DNA of 64,000 nucleotides from Octopus vulgaris (Eukaryota): NCBI GenBank assembly GCA_951406725.2, contig OX597818.1, positions 31,248,001 to 31,312,000 of the forward strand, read 5' to 3'. Shown piece by piece: positions 1 to 12,379 of this stretch (position 1 is its first letter; each line of letters starts with the position of its first letter). The notes under the pieces were generated by a model. It saw only the letters and a program-made list of their open reading frames with translations, ran no database searches and was not told where the DNA came from. The position numbers and the translations under genes were made by a program.

Positions 1-485
1 CCACTGTTTGCCGATCTAACTTTTAGATATATTTCAATGTGATAAAGACGATAACTCATACGCTCAAAGATTTCATTTGTCAGATTTTTGATACATCCTA
101 GATTTGAGTGTGGATTAAATGTTATCTTCTAGCATGTAACCGAATTATACATACACACACAGATATACATTCATGCATGCATGGTTGCATACATACATAC
201 ATACATACATACATACATACATACATACATACATACATACATACATACATACATACGTACATACGTACGTAAGTAGGTACATATACACACAGACACGCAC
301 AAATAAACAAACAGATGAAGAAGCAGACACATACATGTTTCTGCGATTAAGCAGTGTGCTTCAAAATTGCGTAGTTTCGGGTTCTGTACAACTGCTTGGC
401 ATCTTGGAAATGGCTCTTCTATAGCTCCTGGACGACTACTGTCCTGAGAGTGAGCTTACCACATGGGAAATTATGCCCAAACCAG

Positions 486-525
<40 letters not shown>

Positions 526-539
526 TGGTTGTCTACTCC

Positions 540-810
540 TTATGCAGAATCTGACCACCTGCTGTACCTACATCCTAGATCCATCATGGCTTCTGTTGTA
601 GCTTTTTAAACCAGACGAAGTTATGATAAGGCATCCACATAGATTGCATATCCGATTTGGACCCGAAGAATTGCAGTTAAGTTCTGATCTTTCTGGATCT
701 AAGAATGTCTCTTGAGTCCTCCATTAGATTTGCAGATCTTATGGCATATATGATATTGAGACGTGAGCACAGACTCATACGCAGAATAGATGGCGGAGGT
801 TTGTTCTTCA
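540..810 (-). mobile_element. RTE-clade LINE 3' end fragment (C-terminal zinc-finger-like motif and 3' UTR)
   Basis: Minus frame reads ...QYHICHKICKSNGGLKRHS*IQK, a decayed CxxCxKxCxSxxGLxxHxxxH motif typical of RTE ORF2 C-termini; bounded by (TA)n tracts. Confidence 0.6.
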
Positions 811-814
811 TATG

Positions 815-881
<67 letters not shown>

Positions 882-1046
882 ACACGCATACATTGACGGA
901 GACACACACGTACATTTCGAACGAATCCCCTGCGAGTTAATGTGTGTATATATATAGTTTATATCAAGATTTTAGTGGCATACCAATTTGAGCACTCAGA
1001 GTATATACTTATTAGTTTGAGTCACCTTGAGAAAAGCGCCTCGTAC

Positions 1047-1097
<51 letters not shown>

Positions 1098-1785
1098 GTA
1101 TATATATATTTGTAGTAAGGGCAACTACTGGGTAGCGCCATATGCTCTATAAAATGAAATACTCTGTATTAAGTTTTACCTAAATAGTTTTTTTACATGC
1201 TAGTACATGATAAAATCCTATATAGATTTTAACCTTGATTATAATATGTGTGTGTGTGTGTCTGTGTGTGTTTGTATGATTAATATCTGATCGACAATGT
1301 CGTAGTGTGCTCTAACTCAAAGCGGTTAGTGGATTCCTCCTGGGGTACGGGTGGATCACCATTTTTTGTCTTGTAATTCTATTTGTTACTATTAACAACA
1401 TCTCTGTAAACATACATATACTCCTTTAATTATTTCATGTAATTAAAAGAAAAAACCCATTTTAATATATTATGTAAAGTCTATACTTCTTTCTCTTTTA
1501 TATAAGTTAACTTTATCCAACGTCACACGTTTTGTGACACGTTTGTAAGTGTTTAATTATTGTACGTATGGATAGACTCCTGGCGGCAATAAAACAGAAA
1601 TTATTATGATTAGAGCGATGGACAAGATGCTTAGAGCCATTTCTTCTAGCTCTTTACCTTCAAATTCTGTCGAGATCGACTTACCTTCCACCTTTCTGGA
1701 TCGATAAAATAAGTACCACTAAATTTGTTGGCATTCGGTACCATTACTGATGGTACCAGAATTTTGGTGCCATTACTGATTTTGG

Positions 1786-2312
1786 TGACAAGACTGCTGA
1801 ATCGTTAACACAGAATGTTTGACGAAATTTTTTCTGTCTTTACTTTCTGAGTTCAAATTCTTACAATGTTGACTTTGCCTTCATCTTTTTTTAATTTTTT
1901 ATGCGCCCTTTTCAAGCCTAGCCATGTTCATGGGCTCGTTTTCCCGGTTTCTTTGGCGTATGTGTCCCCCATGCTGGACGGGACGCCAGTCCATCGCAGC
2001 GTTACTCAAGAAACAGGAAGAAAGAGTAAGAGAAAGTTGGGGCGAAAGAGTACAACAGGGGTCGCCACCACCCCCTGCCGGAGCCTCGTGGAGCTTTAGG
2101 CGTTTTCGCTCAATAAACACACACAGCACCCGATCTGGGAATCGAAACCGTGATCTTCCGACTGCGAGTCTGCCGCCCTAACTACTGGGCTATTGCGCCT
2201 CCACGCCTTCATTTTTTAAGGGTCGATAAAATAAGTAGGAGTTGAGCATTGGGATCGATGGAATCGACTAGCTCCTTCCCTCGATATTTTAGGCCTTGTG
2301 TTTTTAGTAGAA
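1786..2312 (+). mobile_element. Family-B tRNA-derived SINE (degenerate), interrupted by a family-C SINE
   Basis: ttctgagttcaaattc...gactttgccttcat before 1885 and gggtcgataaaataagta...tttcaggccttgtg-like text after 2205 match the full copy at 50484-50713; gccttcat is duplicated at 1877-1884 and 2205-2212. Confidence 0.7.
1901..2202 (-). mobile_element. Family-C tRNA-derived SINE, full length, with target-site duplication
   Basis: Reverse complement starts ggaggcgcaatagcccagtagttagggcggcagactcgc...ggtttcgattccc (Pol III A/B boxes); same head as 45462-45770; flanked by the gccttcat TSD. Confidence 0.85.
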
Positions 2313-3075
2313 AGAAACAAAATTGTTGTTATTTTTGCTCTTATTTTTTTATTAGTTATCTTTACATATCTTTAATTTAACTGACGTAATTTTATATCTT
2401 TCTTACACGGAAAGAAGCACGCAACAAAACATGGGATTTGATTGGCTGTTTCATTGCATTGCCCAACCAACATGCGAAAAGCTTGAACATGGAAACAAAA
2501 TCTGATCGAATGAAATTACAGAAGTAATGAATGTTAAATGGTCTGATCTGATTCCATCTTATCTAATCACATCTCTTTTAATCTCATCTCATTTCATCAC
2601 CCAACGCCTACTACGCGTTCGATCATATCGCATATTATATATGATTGCTTTTTTTCAATTATTTTCGTTAATTGTTTTGTAGTTGTATAATAAAAACGTT
2701 GTAGTTTTTTTCTTGCAATTATATTTGTTACAGTTATTGATGTAGTTATTGATATAATTCTCAGCTACCATAGATAATGGAAGCCGTTGCATGTCTAAAG
2801 TAGCTGTCACAACTTAAATAATGATTCTCATTCTGATGGAATGATTGTTGAGTATTTTACTTTAAAAAATTATGCAAGTTTCTAAATATATTTGTTTTGT
2901 TAGTTTACATTAGGAATGCAGATAGGGAGAAATGTAACTCGGAAATCAATAGAATAAACACCAGTCTCAAATAATTACTGAAGTCAATACTACTAAAAGA
3001 TCTCATAAAGGCAGTGCTACAGCATGGCCGCTATCCAATGAATGCAAATCGATAAAATCACTATCTCCCTCTCTT

Positions 3076-3202
<127 letters not shown>

Positions 3203-3236
3203 GTGTGTGTGTGTGTGTGTATTATATATATATATA

Positions 3237-3480
3237 TTAACCCCTTCCACCCTGGTCTTTCCTCACATACAGCCGGTTGATAGCAACTTTCGGAAGGTGG
3301 GTTCCATACATTGTCAATAACTTCTTACGTTTTCTGTCAAGATTCTTAACATCCTTTTTGGTTCAGTCGATAAGTCCAACTCCATATCTGATTAAGGGTA
3401 CTGTTTTTGAATTTATAGCTTCAATAAGGTTCTTGCAAGTCAGTTTTGACTGCAATAATTTTCTTAATCTCTTTGTATGG
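3237..3480 (-). mobile_element. Dong/R4-clade non-LTR retrotransposon RT C-terminal fragment
   Basis: Minus translation [78 protein letters not shown] contains the RLYxxxxxGGRG(L) thumb motif; one in-frame stop. Confidence 0.85.
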
Positions 3481-3508
3481 TCTCTACTGGTAACAAGGGA
3501 AAAATACA

Positions 3509-4179
<671 letters not shown>

Positions 4180-5309
4180 ATATATATATAAATTAGAGAA
4201 GAACCACCATGTAGCAATTCAGCAATGATATACTTAAATCATACCATATAGAAAAAATTAGATTCAATAAAACATTTACCTAGAACTAAATAAATTACGA
4301 AATAATAAATAAATAGTATATAAATAGTAAATAGACTACATGTGTTTCGTGGCTATATTTTGAGATTGATAATAAAATCAATTCAATTTAAATATAGTCA
4401 CTCATCAGGTCTACGATAAAAACAATAAAATAATTAAATAAATGTACGTATATTATCTTATGAGAAAATATAAATATATATAAAGATACGTAATTTTACA
4501 ATAAAAAATCGAACAAAATTCAACTATATATCTTAAAATAAAAACATGAAATATTTTATTGGAAATATTCTGTTAACTAAATCTTTAAACTTACTACGTA
4601 GGACTTAGTGTTTATGATAAATCTATCTAGTTAAAAACGTAGTGTAAATAAAAATAGAATAAATGGATAGAAATATTTTTTTATCTATGAAAATATATTT
4701 TAGCTTATAGAAGAAAATAACAAACTATAGTATATATCATTACTTAAAAATTAAGATACAATTAATTTAAACAAAATATTTGAAGCAAAATATGTAAAAT
4801 ATATATAAAACATAATATACATTAAGTGAAGCTAAAATACTGTAATTTAACCTATATACATTATATTATTTATTAATATATTTATTGAATAAACATCTAA
4901 GTTTAATCATATTCTAATTATGTAATATATACTAAAAAACTTCATGCTAACTTATATACATAATAATACTACAACTATAGCTACAAAAATTTTAAATAGA
5001 AAAATGGTTAAAATATATACACACAAATTAGTTTAACTTATTAAATAATTAATTCAATTTATGTATAGATTTAATATTTCACTCATTTATAGAATTAACC
5101 AAAGTTTCTATTGTTATTTAAAATATTTACTTAAATGCAATATTACATACCAAATAAAAAAAATTACTACCTATTCGATAAGATTTTGTGTTACAAAACT
5201 ATTTACCAATGTAAATTATATGTAATACGTTAAGATTATAATTCATAAGATAAGAATAATAATAATAATAATAATAATAATGATAATAATAATAATAATA
5301 ATAATAATA

Positions 5310-5393
<84 letters not shown>

Positions 5394-5620
5394 TTAATAA
5401 TAATAATAATAATAATGATAATAATGATAATAAGTAAATATACGTATCGTAACTTATAATTAACAAATAACAATATAGAAATCAATATTTTTGCAATAAA
5501 AATCAAACAAATTTCAACAATATTGTTTTAAAAAGAAATTTATGACTTATCTTATCTAAGAAAATTTGTTAGATGAACTTTAAACGTAATATTCCATTCT
5601 TTCCGAGCGTCAAACTGATA
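4180..5620 (-). mobile_element. Very AT-rich tract carrying the hammerhead; probable Penelope-like 3' region/pLTR remnant, includes (AAT)n at about 5253-5432
   Basis: Composition and the embedded hammerhead; no convincing ORF. Confidence 0.35.
4332..4413 (-). ncRNA. Intact type-I hammerhead ribozyme with long stem II and minimal palindromic stem III
   Basis: Minus strand: tagac-CTGATGA-gtgactatattt...aaatatagccac-GAAA-cacatg-TA-gtcta; perfect 5-bp stem I (tagac/gtcta), GUA cleavage triplet, ACATGT palindrome at stem III. Confidence 0.85.
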
Positions 5621-6009
5621 AAAGAGCTGATTGTTGCTTCACACATCTTCAGTTTTTGTTTTCTGTAAACTTGAACTGTATATGTATGTACGTACGTATT
5701 TATGTATGTACGTATGTATATATGTATGTATCTACATATGTCTTTTTCTCCTACTTGTAAGACTTTATTCAGAATTACAGCTAAGACCTAAATCTTTAAC
5801 AAAGGACATTCTTGATCATCAGCTTCATGATTATTATTTGACGTCAATTTTTCCGTTCTCGATGCCTTTCCTGTAGCCAACCTTCAACTGTGTCCAAGCA
5901 AGGTAATATTCACATAACCAAACATATTTTTTTTACGGAAGACTGAAAATGAACAACACGCTGCTTTACATCAATCACATTATGTCAAGACTAGGATATA
6001 CACAAATAT

Positions 6010-6048
<39 letters not shown>

Positions 6049-6083
6049 CACACACATACACACACTCGTATGTATACATATGT

Positions 6084-6247
6084 ATACAATGAGTTTTCAG
6101 TTTCCATGTACGAAATCCACTCACAAGGCTTTGGCTGGCCATGGGCTATAGAAGAAGACGCTTGCCCAAGATGCCCTGTAGTGGGACTGAACTCAAAACC
6201 CCACTGTTGGGAAGCAAGCTGTTTAACCCCACATCCATGCCTGCGTC
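6084..6247 (-). mobile_element. Family-A SINE, 5' part (degenerate)
   Basis: aaatccactcacaaggctttgg...cttgcccaagatgcc...gtgggactgaac matches the family-A copies. Confidence 0.75.
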
Positions 6248-6464
6248 TACAGCAGTCTTAAGTATGCAACTGTTTGCGCCTTTATACCGATTATAACATA
6301 AATAATTAAGAACCTAGCTTTACATTCACTGTAAGAATAATAAAACAAATCTTTATATAGAGCTATAGTAACTTTATTTTTAATTGTAAATATTAAATTC
6401 AAGTGTGTCATTTGAAGAAATACGAGATACACGACTATGGGCAATTCGTTAAAAATTTGCATTT

Positions 6465-6740
6465 TCATGGAGTTCGCTCAGCAGACAAGGCATCTGATAC
6501 TTTATATGGTCCACATACTTGCTCATATTCAGGCTTCTTGAAATCAAATCCAAGGTCTCTTCGAATTCGTAAAAGATGGGGTAGCATTCGGCGTTGATAT
6601 CCATTTGGTTTGTCCATAAATGCATAGTTTTGAGATTCAACAGCACGATTTCTTTCAACTTCTGAAGATTCTGCAGACAGTATCACTCCAATACAACAGA
6701 AGGCAACAATTATTAAGTAATTTCTCAAATACTGCTTCAT
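6465..6740 (-). CDS. Putative secreted peptide precursor (signal peptide, propeptide, RR and RIRR cleavage sites), 91 aa, family unidentified
   Basis: MKQYLRNY-LIIVAFCCIGVILS-AE signal-like N-terminus; YQRR and furin-type RIRR sites; acceptor tttcttttgtaatctttccag ends at 6759, 18 nt upstream of acaacATG; AATAAA at 6373-6378 (minus); non-repetitive sequence. Confidence 0.55.
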   Translation of the reverse strand: MKQYLRNYLIIVAFCCIGVILSAESSEVERNRAVESQNYAFMDKPNGYQRRMLPHLLRIRRDLGFDFKKPEYEQVCGPYKVSDALSAERTP

Positions 6741-7775
6741 GTTGTATTTTGATAAGAACTGGAAAGATTACAAAAGAAATGTATACATTTTACTATCATT
6801 AAATAAGTACTACATGTACATCAATCTAAATTATTCAAGCAGAAAGATAAAAATTTATTCATGTTCTGTGGTATATGTTTTTTTATTAACGTAACATTTC
6901 ATGTCAAAAGGTTGTTTACAGACACCTCTGCTATTAGGAAATGAAGAGAACTTATTACATAATATATATATATATATTTACATATGATAATTATTGTTAT
7001 AAATTACCATGTGAATATATCTCCAACACAATATTTTTTCACTTAACATGGATCTGAAGTTCAGGTGTAAGATATTTAGTAGAAATGAAGATTTAATGAG
7101 AAGTCCTGTCTCTCTGCCATCAGAAAAATATTAGAAAGGTAAAAAGCAATACAAATTAATAATGAAAAGAAAGCTGATGGTTTTAACAAAGTGAATTTGA
7201 ATAACATTCTTTACTTGCATCAGAAAATAAACAAGAAAAAAAATTAGTATTACTGTCACGTCAATGATTGCCGTCAATTTTGGTATTCTTGCTGGCGTTT
7301 GCTAAAAATAAAAGTATATATGTTCATATTTTTGTCTCATGTATTGACAACCAGTGAGTAACTTTCACCTACATATTCCTGCTGTCACCTCTACTTCCAA
7401 CATTTCGGCTGAGATTTCCACTTCAGATGACCCTTTCCACACACTTCTCTTAATAAGTGCTACCATTGTCAATACTGATTGCTGTTCACATAGTAGTGGT
7501 TGTGGGTTAAATGCTTGAAAACTACCGTTCAGTAAACTACAAATGAAAAGCTCTATAAACTGGCAGAACCACTGATCTTTGCAACTTTTGCAGTTCAGTT
7601 TTTCAGTCAGGTTTTATCAATACACTGAGTGTATTTGGCTGAAGTTGATTTTGTTTGTTGCTGTGTGTACATTGCTTTTGCATCTGTGACATAATTTGTA
7701 TTTATTGAATTTATAATTTGTTACCTACAAGTTAAAGAAGGAAAATTTCCAACATCATCAAATGTTTGGCTTCAT

Positions 7776-8168
7776 ACTCTTTACTCTTTACTCTTTTACT
7801 TGTTTCAGTCATTTGACTGCGGCCATGCTGGAGCACCGCCTTTAGTCGAGCAAATCGACCCCAGGACTTATTCTTTGTAAGCCCAGTACTTATTCTATCG
7901 GTCTCTTTTGCCGAACCGCTTAGTGACGGGGACGTAAACACACCAGCATCGGTTGTAAAGCAATGCTAGGGGGACAAACACAGACACACAAACACTCACA
8001 CACATGCATATATATATATATATATACATATATACGACAGGCTTCTTTCAGTTTCCGTCTACCAAATCCACTCACAAGGTTTTGGTCAGCCCGAGGCTAT
8101 AGCAGAAGACACTTGCCCAAGATGCCACGCGGTGGGACTGAACCCAGAACCATGTGGTTGGTTAGCAA
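7776..8168 (-). mobile_element. Family-A tRNA-derived SINE (CORE-like), extreme 5' end missing
   Basis: (tactcttt)n tail, ttgtttcagtcatttgactgcggccatgctggagcacc, internal (CA)/(TA) repeat, cttgggcaagtgtctt CORE-like box on minus. Confidence 0.9.
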
Positions 8169-8689
8169 GGTCAAAGAACGCCTGTGGTTGAAGCCTTGCC
8201 ATACATACAGGATACGTGAGTTCATATCCCATGGGTAGCTGTTGACTTTTACTATGCAAGAGGTTTTTTTTTCTTTTGGCATAATATTTGTATGGAACTA
8301 TTTGTTGCTTTATGTGATTCAAGATCCACTGTTTCAAAAAAGAATGATATATTTGTAATTTAGATAATGTTAAACTATAAAATAAAATAGTTACATAATC
8401 TAGAATCTTCAGTTACTGAATTTGTTTTGTATTTTCTTTCAAATTTCATACAAGTTTTTTTTTGTATAGTTTTGTTGTTACGTCACTGAATGAAATGCAG
8501 AAAATGCAGAGGTTTGTAATGAATTGCTATGAAAAAACATTTTGCTTTAACTATAAGTAAAAGTTAACATATAAGTAAAAGTTAACATACTGATTTTGGC
8601 TGAAGGTGGAAAGATGCTGGGATCAAACTGCTGAGATCAGTTATTTTTCTATTTCTGTGCCTTTTACAATATTGCCGTGACTTTCCTCT

Positions 8690-9700
8690 TTTCTGCTAGA
8701 TTGTGTAGGAGCTTTTAATGAAGGTTCCAACATAGCTGATCTTTATATACACCTGTACAAGCATACTCCTCCCTTATAGAATAGCGCTTCTGTTTAAGCC
8801 AATACCCTGCAGTTCATTTTAGTATATGTTTTAATGTCCAATTTTCTATACTGACACAGCAAGTATTTTATTTATTCTTCATTTGTTTCCACATCTTGTC
8901 ACTACTTGTCTATTTAGTTACACAGGCTACACTTACCTTATTGAACAGAAACCTACAACGAAATTAGCTAATTTTATAGCTTAAATTGAATAAAAAAATC
9001 TTCATTTTTTCTTCATATGCCCCTAATAATATTTTATGACACCAGACCTGTTAAAATATTTTTATTGGTCTCATGAAAGCAATAAAGTCTTTTAATCAAG
9101 CTAAGATATCATAAAAACAAATTGCTTTTTTCAAATATCTAAATACACAGAAATATATCCTGTCTTGTTGAAAGTCATGTTAAGTACATGAATTTAGGTA
9201 GTGGTCACGCTAATTTACATATGGTGAAAGTACCCTTAAAGTTACATGTTATTTATACAATACGGGCATAGAATGTATTTTATTGGAGATAAACAAAGGT
9301 AAATATCAGGTATCCCTAAGTTCTTGAGATTTTCCCTTAGTTGACTTGTCTAATGGCAATTTTGACATGTATATTAGAATCCTTATCCATTTTTTAAATA
9401 ACATGATACCGCAATAAGCTTTCTATGACTTTCTCATCTATAGGGGATGGATTATGAAAAAACAGTTGTGAACTCTCTACCAATCTTTACAGAATACCTC
9501 CAGAATCCCCGATTAAAGCAGATCCATCTTTGGATTTAAGATGAGCGGCAGTTGATTGTTTTGTTTTTAACAAGTTGTACTCTTTTATTAAAACTTACTT
9601 AATATTAACAGATACGCTCAACCACAATTTCTCTTGTTTGATTTCTAGTGAATTCCTCACTTGGCATTCCTGACAAGTTTAGTCAGTACTCTCCCCCACA
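8690..9700 (-). mobile_element. Highly decayed RTE-clade LINE ORF2 fragments
   Basis: Minus frames give AHLKSKDGSALIGDSGGIL*R...NPSPIDEKVIESL...VKIAIRQVN*GK...GIP (EN-RT linker) at about 9300-9580 and YKDQL (C-terminal) near 8740. Confidence 0.6.
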
Positions 9701-10480
9701 ACCATAAATACAGTTTATACTGGATCACATGTTAGCAGCGCACGGGTTTGTGATTTAACATACAAAGACACACACATATGAATTGTACATGTATACACAT
9801 TGGAGAGTTAACAAAGGACAGTAAAGCAACTCTGACATAAAAAAAATGTGGTGAGGTTGGTACAGTATTTGTTGGTGAGCGAAGACGCTTGTGGGTACAT
9901 AGCTAACAGAATCAATGTTTTTAGTCAAAGTAAAAAAAAAAAAAAGTTGCATGTGCATACATGTCATTTTCCGAAGTAAAAAGTGAATTAATGTGTTATG
10001 CTTTTAGAAATGATTGAGTTATTAAGTTGGAGCTTTCCATTTTTAGTTTAAATATCATTCTATGACATCGATGTTCATATGTGTGTATGTGTACATATAT
10101 ATGTGAATGTGTGTGTGTGTGTGTGTGCCGTGTATACTGTATGTATTTGCATGTGTGTATGTGTGTATTTACGTAATATATTCGTATCCTAAAAATTACA
10201 CTTTCTTTTTTATTAGTGTAAGCACGTATGCTATAAAATCAACACATGGGAGATTTTTGTGTACGCTGCAGCGTATTATTCATTTTTATAGCTTGCATTA
10301 TTTTAAAAGAATTCTTTTATAGTACCAATAAAACAGTTGATCAAATGTCATTTAAATACTGTACAGTGTTTCATTAAAACCAAAATGATGTTAATGAGAA
10401 ATCCTCATCACCTGACAGCTAGAATTTGCATATGCATTGCTACGATGACATGTCATATATTCTGCTCCATCAGCGATGTC

Positions 10481-10613
10481 GTTTTTAAAGTCCATCAGAT
10501 GTCGAGGCATCTCGGTTCTCCATAAGTCTTCACTAAAGCTTTGAACAATGTTCAAAGCTTTCGTGAAGTCTGGTGGAGAGAAGATGTACCTCAACATCTG
10601 ATGGACTTAAAAA
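10481..10613. repeat. Imperfect palindrome / fold-back of about 130 bp
   Basis: ttttaaagtccatcagatgtcgagg...cttcactaaagctttgaac-aat-gttcaaagctttcgtgaag...cctcaacatctgatggacttaaaaa. Confidence 0.85.
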
Positions 10614-10633
10614 AAGAACGAAGTGTATATATA

Positions 10634-12334
10634 TACCCCTATTCCCAATTCCTCCGTCTACGTAGGCTCTGTAGTGACGACCATGACTTTGAGACTCAGT
10701 CTCAACTCATGGCTCGCCACTTCATCCTACGTGGACACCCCCTCACCACTATCCACACCGCCCTTGCCAGAGCACGTTCCGTAGACCGTGCATCTGCCCT
10801 CTCCCCCCGAACCTGCCCTGTAGTCTCCCGCCTCCCTTTTCCCCTCACTTACCACTCCACGACCCTACTTCTCCAACGCACCATTCTTCGAGCTTTCCGG
10901 CATCTCCAGTCCGACCCGTCCACTTCCCACCTCTTCCCTAACTGACCCCTCCCCTCCTTCAAACGAGCCCATAACCTCTTGGTCCACAGCTTCTTCCCTG
11001 ACCCTACCTCCCAACCTGGCTCGTTCCCCTGCTCCCGCCCACGTTGCCGCACTTGCCCTTACCTCTCCAACACCACCCTCCTCACTGGCACCCATCATCG
11101 ACCCTATCGCATCATCAACTCCTTCACCTGCACCTCCAGCAATATCATCTATTGCATCTCCTGCTCTCTCTGCCATTCCCTGTACATCGGACAAACGGGA
11201 CGCCGCTTGGCTGACCGGTTCGCGGAACACCTCCGTGACATCCGCCTTGCCAATGACACACCGGTCTCACGCCATTTCCGCTCCACCGGTCACTCCTTGC
11301 AACATCTGTCTGTGTTCGGATTGTCCTTGCACAGAGGCCATCCGGATTCCCGTTTGCGCCGTGAACAGGAATTAACCTTCACTCTTCGCTCTTTTACGCC
11401 ATTTGGTCTCAACTCTCCCCCTCTTTTCATCTAACCTCCCTCCGACTCCTACTTCTCTTCAGTCCTTCATCTTTTCACCCCTACTCTCTTTCCCTCCTCT
11501 TCCCTTCTTCCCTCTTCTTCTTCCCTCTTTCTTCTTCTCTCTTTCTCTCTGCTCCCTCGCTCCCCTTCTCTCCCCCTACCCTCATCCTCCTTTCCCCTCT
11601 TTTCCCATCCCCCTACTCTTCACCTTCCTTCTGCCCTCTCATCTCCTCTCTCCCCTCCCCCTCATCTCTCCTCCCTCCTCCTCCCCTCTCCCCTAATCTC
11701 CTCTCTCACCTCCCCCTCATCTCTCTTCCCTTCTCTCTCTTCTCTCCCCCTTTCACTCTCCCCACAACCCCCACTCTACCCCAACCCCCAGCCAAACACA
11801 CACCCCACATGGGCTTTCCACACTCTCGCCCCCACCTCCCCACAACATCACACCACACTACACTACACTACACTACACTACACCATACGACATTACACAT
11901 CACATCATACATACATACATACATACACACGTCCAGACCTTTCATACGCACATACATACTCTCTTATACACACATGCACCCTTATGTTGGGGCGAGGTCA
12001 CTTGACCCTGTTATCTCTCCTACTATCCCTCTAGCGTCTAACGCCTGATCTCTGACTTCTGGCTGAAATCAGAACTCCATGTTCAATCGTTAGCTCCTGC
12101 ACGCATTTTTTTTCTTTTTCTCTCCTTGTTTCTCTCCTTGTTTCTTTTCTGTGTATCTTTCTGTTGAAGAGCGTAGGCTCGAAACGTAAAAGACTTGTTT
12201 TACTTCTATTCCTGAGCGCCATACTAATACAATTGTTTGTTTGAACTCCATCTGCCTTCGTCTTTTGTTTATTTTCATAAAGCTTCCCGTTACATACATA
12301 CATATATACATATTCATTTTCGTAAACCTTCCCG

Positions 12335-12335
<1 letters not shown>
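10634..12335 (+). mobile_element. 5'-truncated Penelope-like element (Neptune-type): RT thumb, Cys motif and GIY-YIG endonuclease, pyrimidine-rich 3' region, hammerhead pLTR
   Basis: YSQFLRLRRLCS...FILRGHP; CSRPRCRTC; FTCTSSNIIYCISCSLCHSLYIGQTGRRLADRFAEH...PVSRHF...PFGLN. The two listed ORFs are one frame split by a single TGA at 10943-10945. Begins next to a short TA run. Confidence 0.93.
12156..12193 (+). ncRNA. Minimal PLE-type hammerhead motif with CUGUUGA core variant
   Basis: tcttt-CTGTTGA-a-gagc-gtag-gctc-GAAA-cg-TA-aaaga; stem I tcttt/aaaga; ACGT palindrome in place of stem III. Confidence 0.75.

Positions 12336-12369
<34 letters not shown>

Positions 12370-12379
<10 letters not shown>

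Noticed and set aside
4180-5620. Mitochondrial control-region NUMT
   Set aside because: No flanking mitochondrial tRNA or gene sequence is visible, and the embedded hammerhead favours a PLE origin.
6438-6461. CKFLTNCP as an oxytocin/vasopressin-family peptide (cephalotocin, octopressin)
   Set aside because: It has five rather than four residues between the cysteines, no GKR amidation site, no neurophysin, and lies after a stop.
10943-10945. In-frame TGA in the PLE ORF as selenocysteine
   Set aside because: It lies in the FPN*PL linker rather than at a conserved Cys, is more simply explained as CGA>TGA decay, and I see no SECIS.
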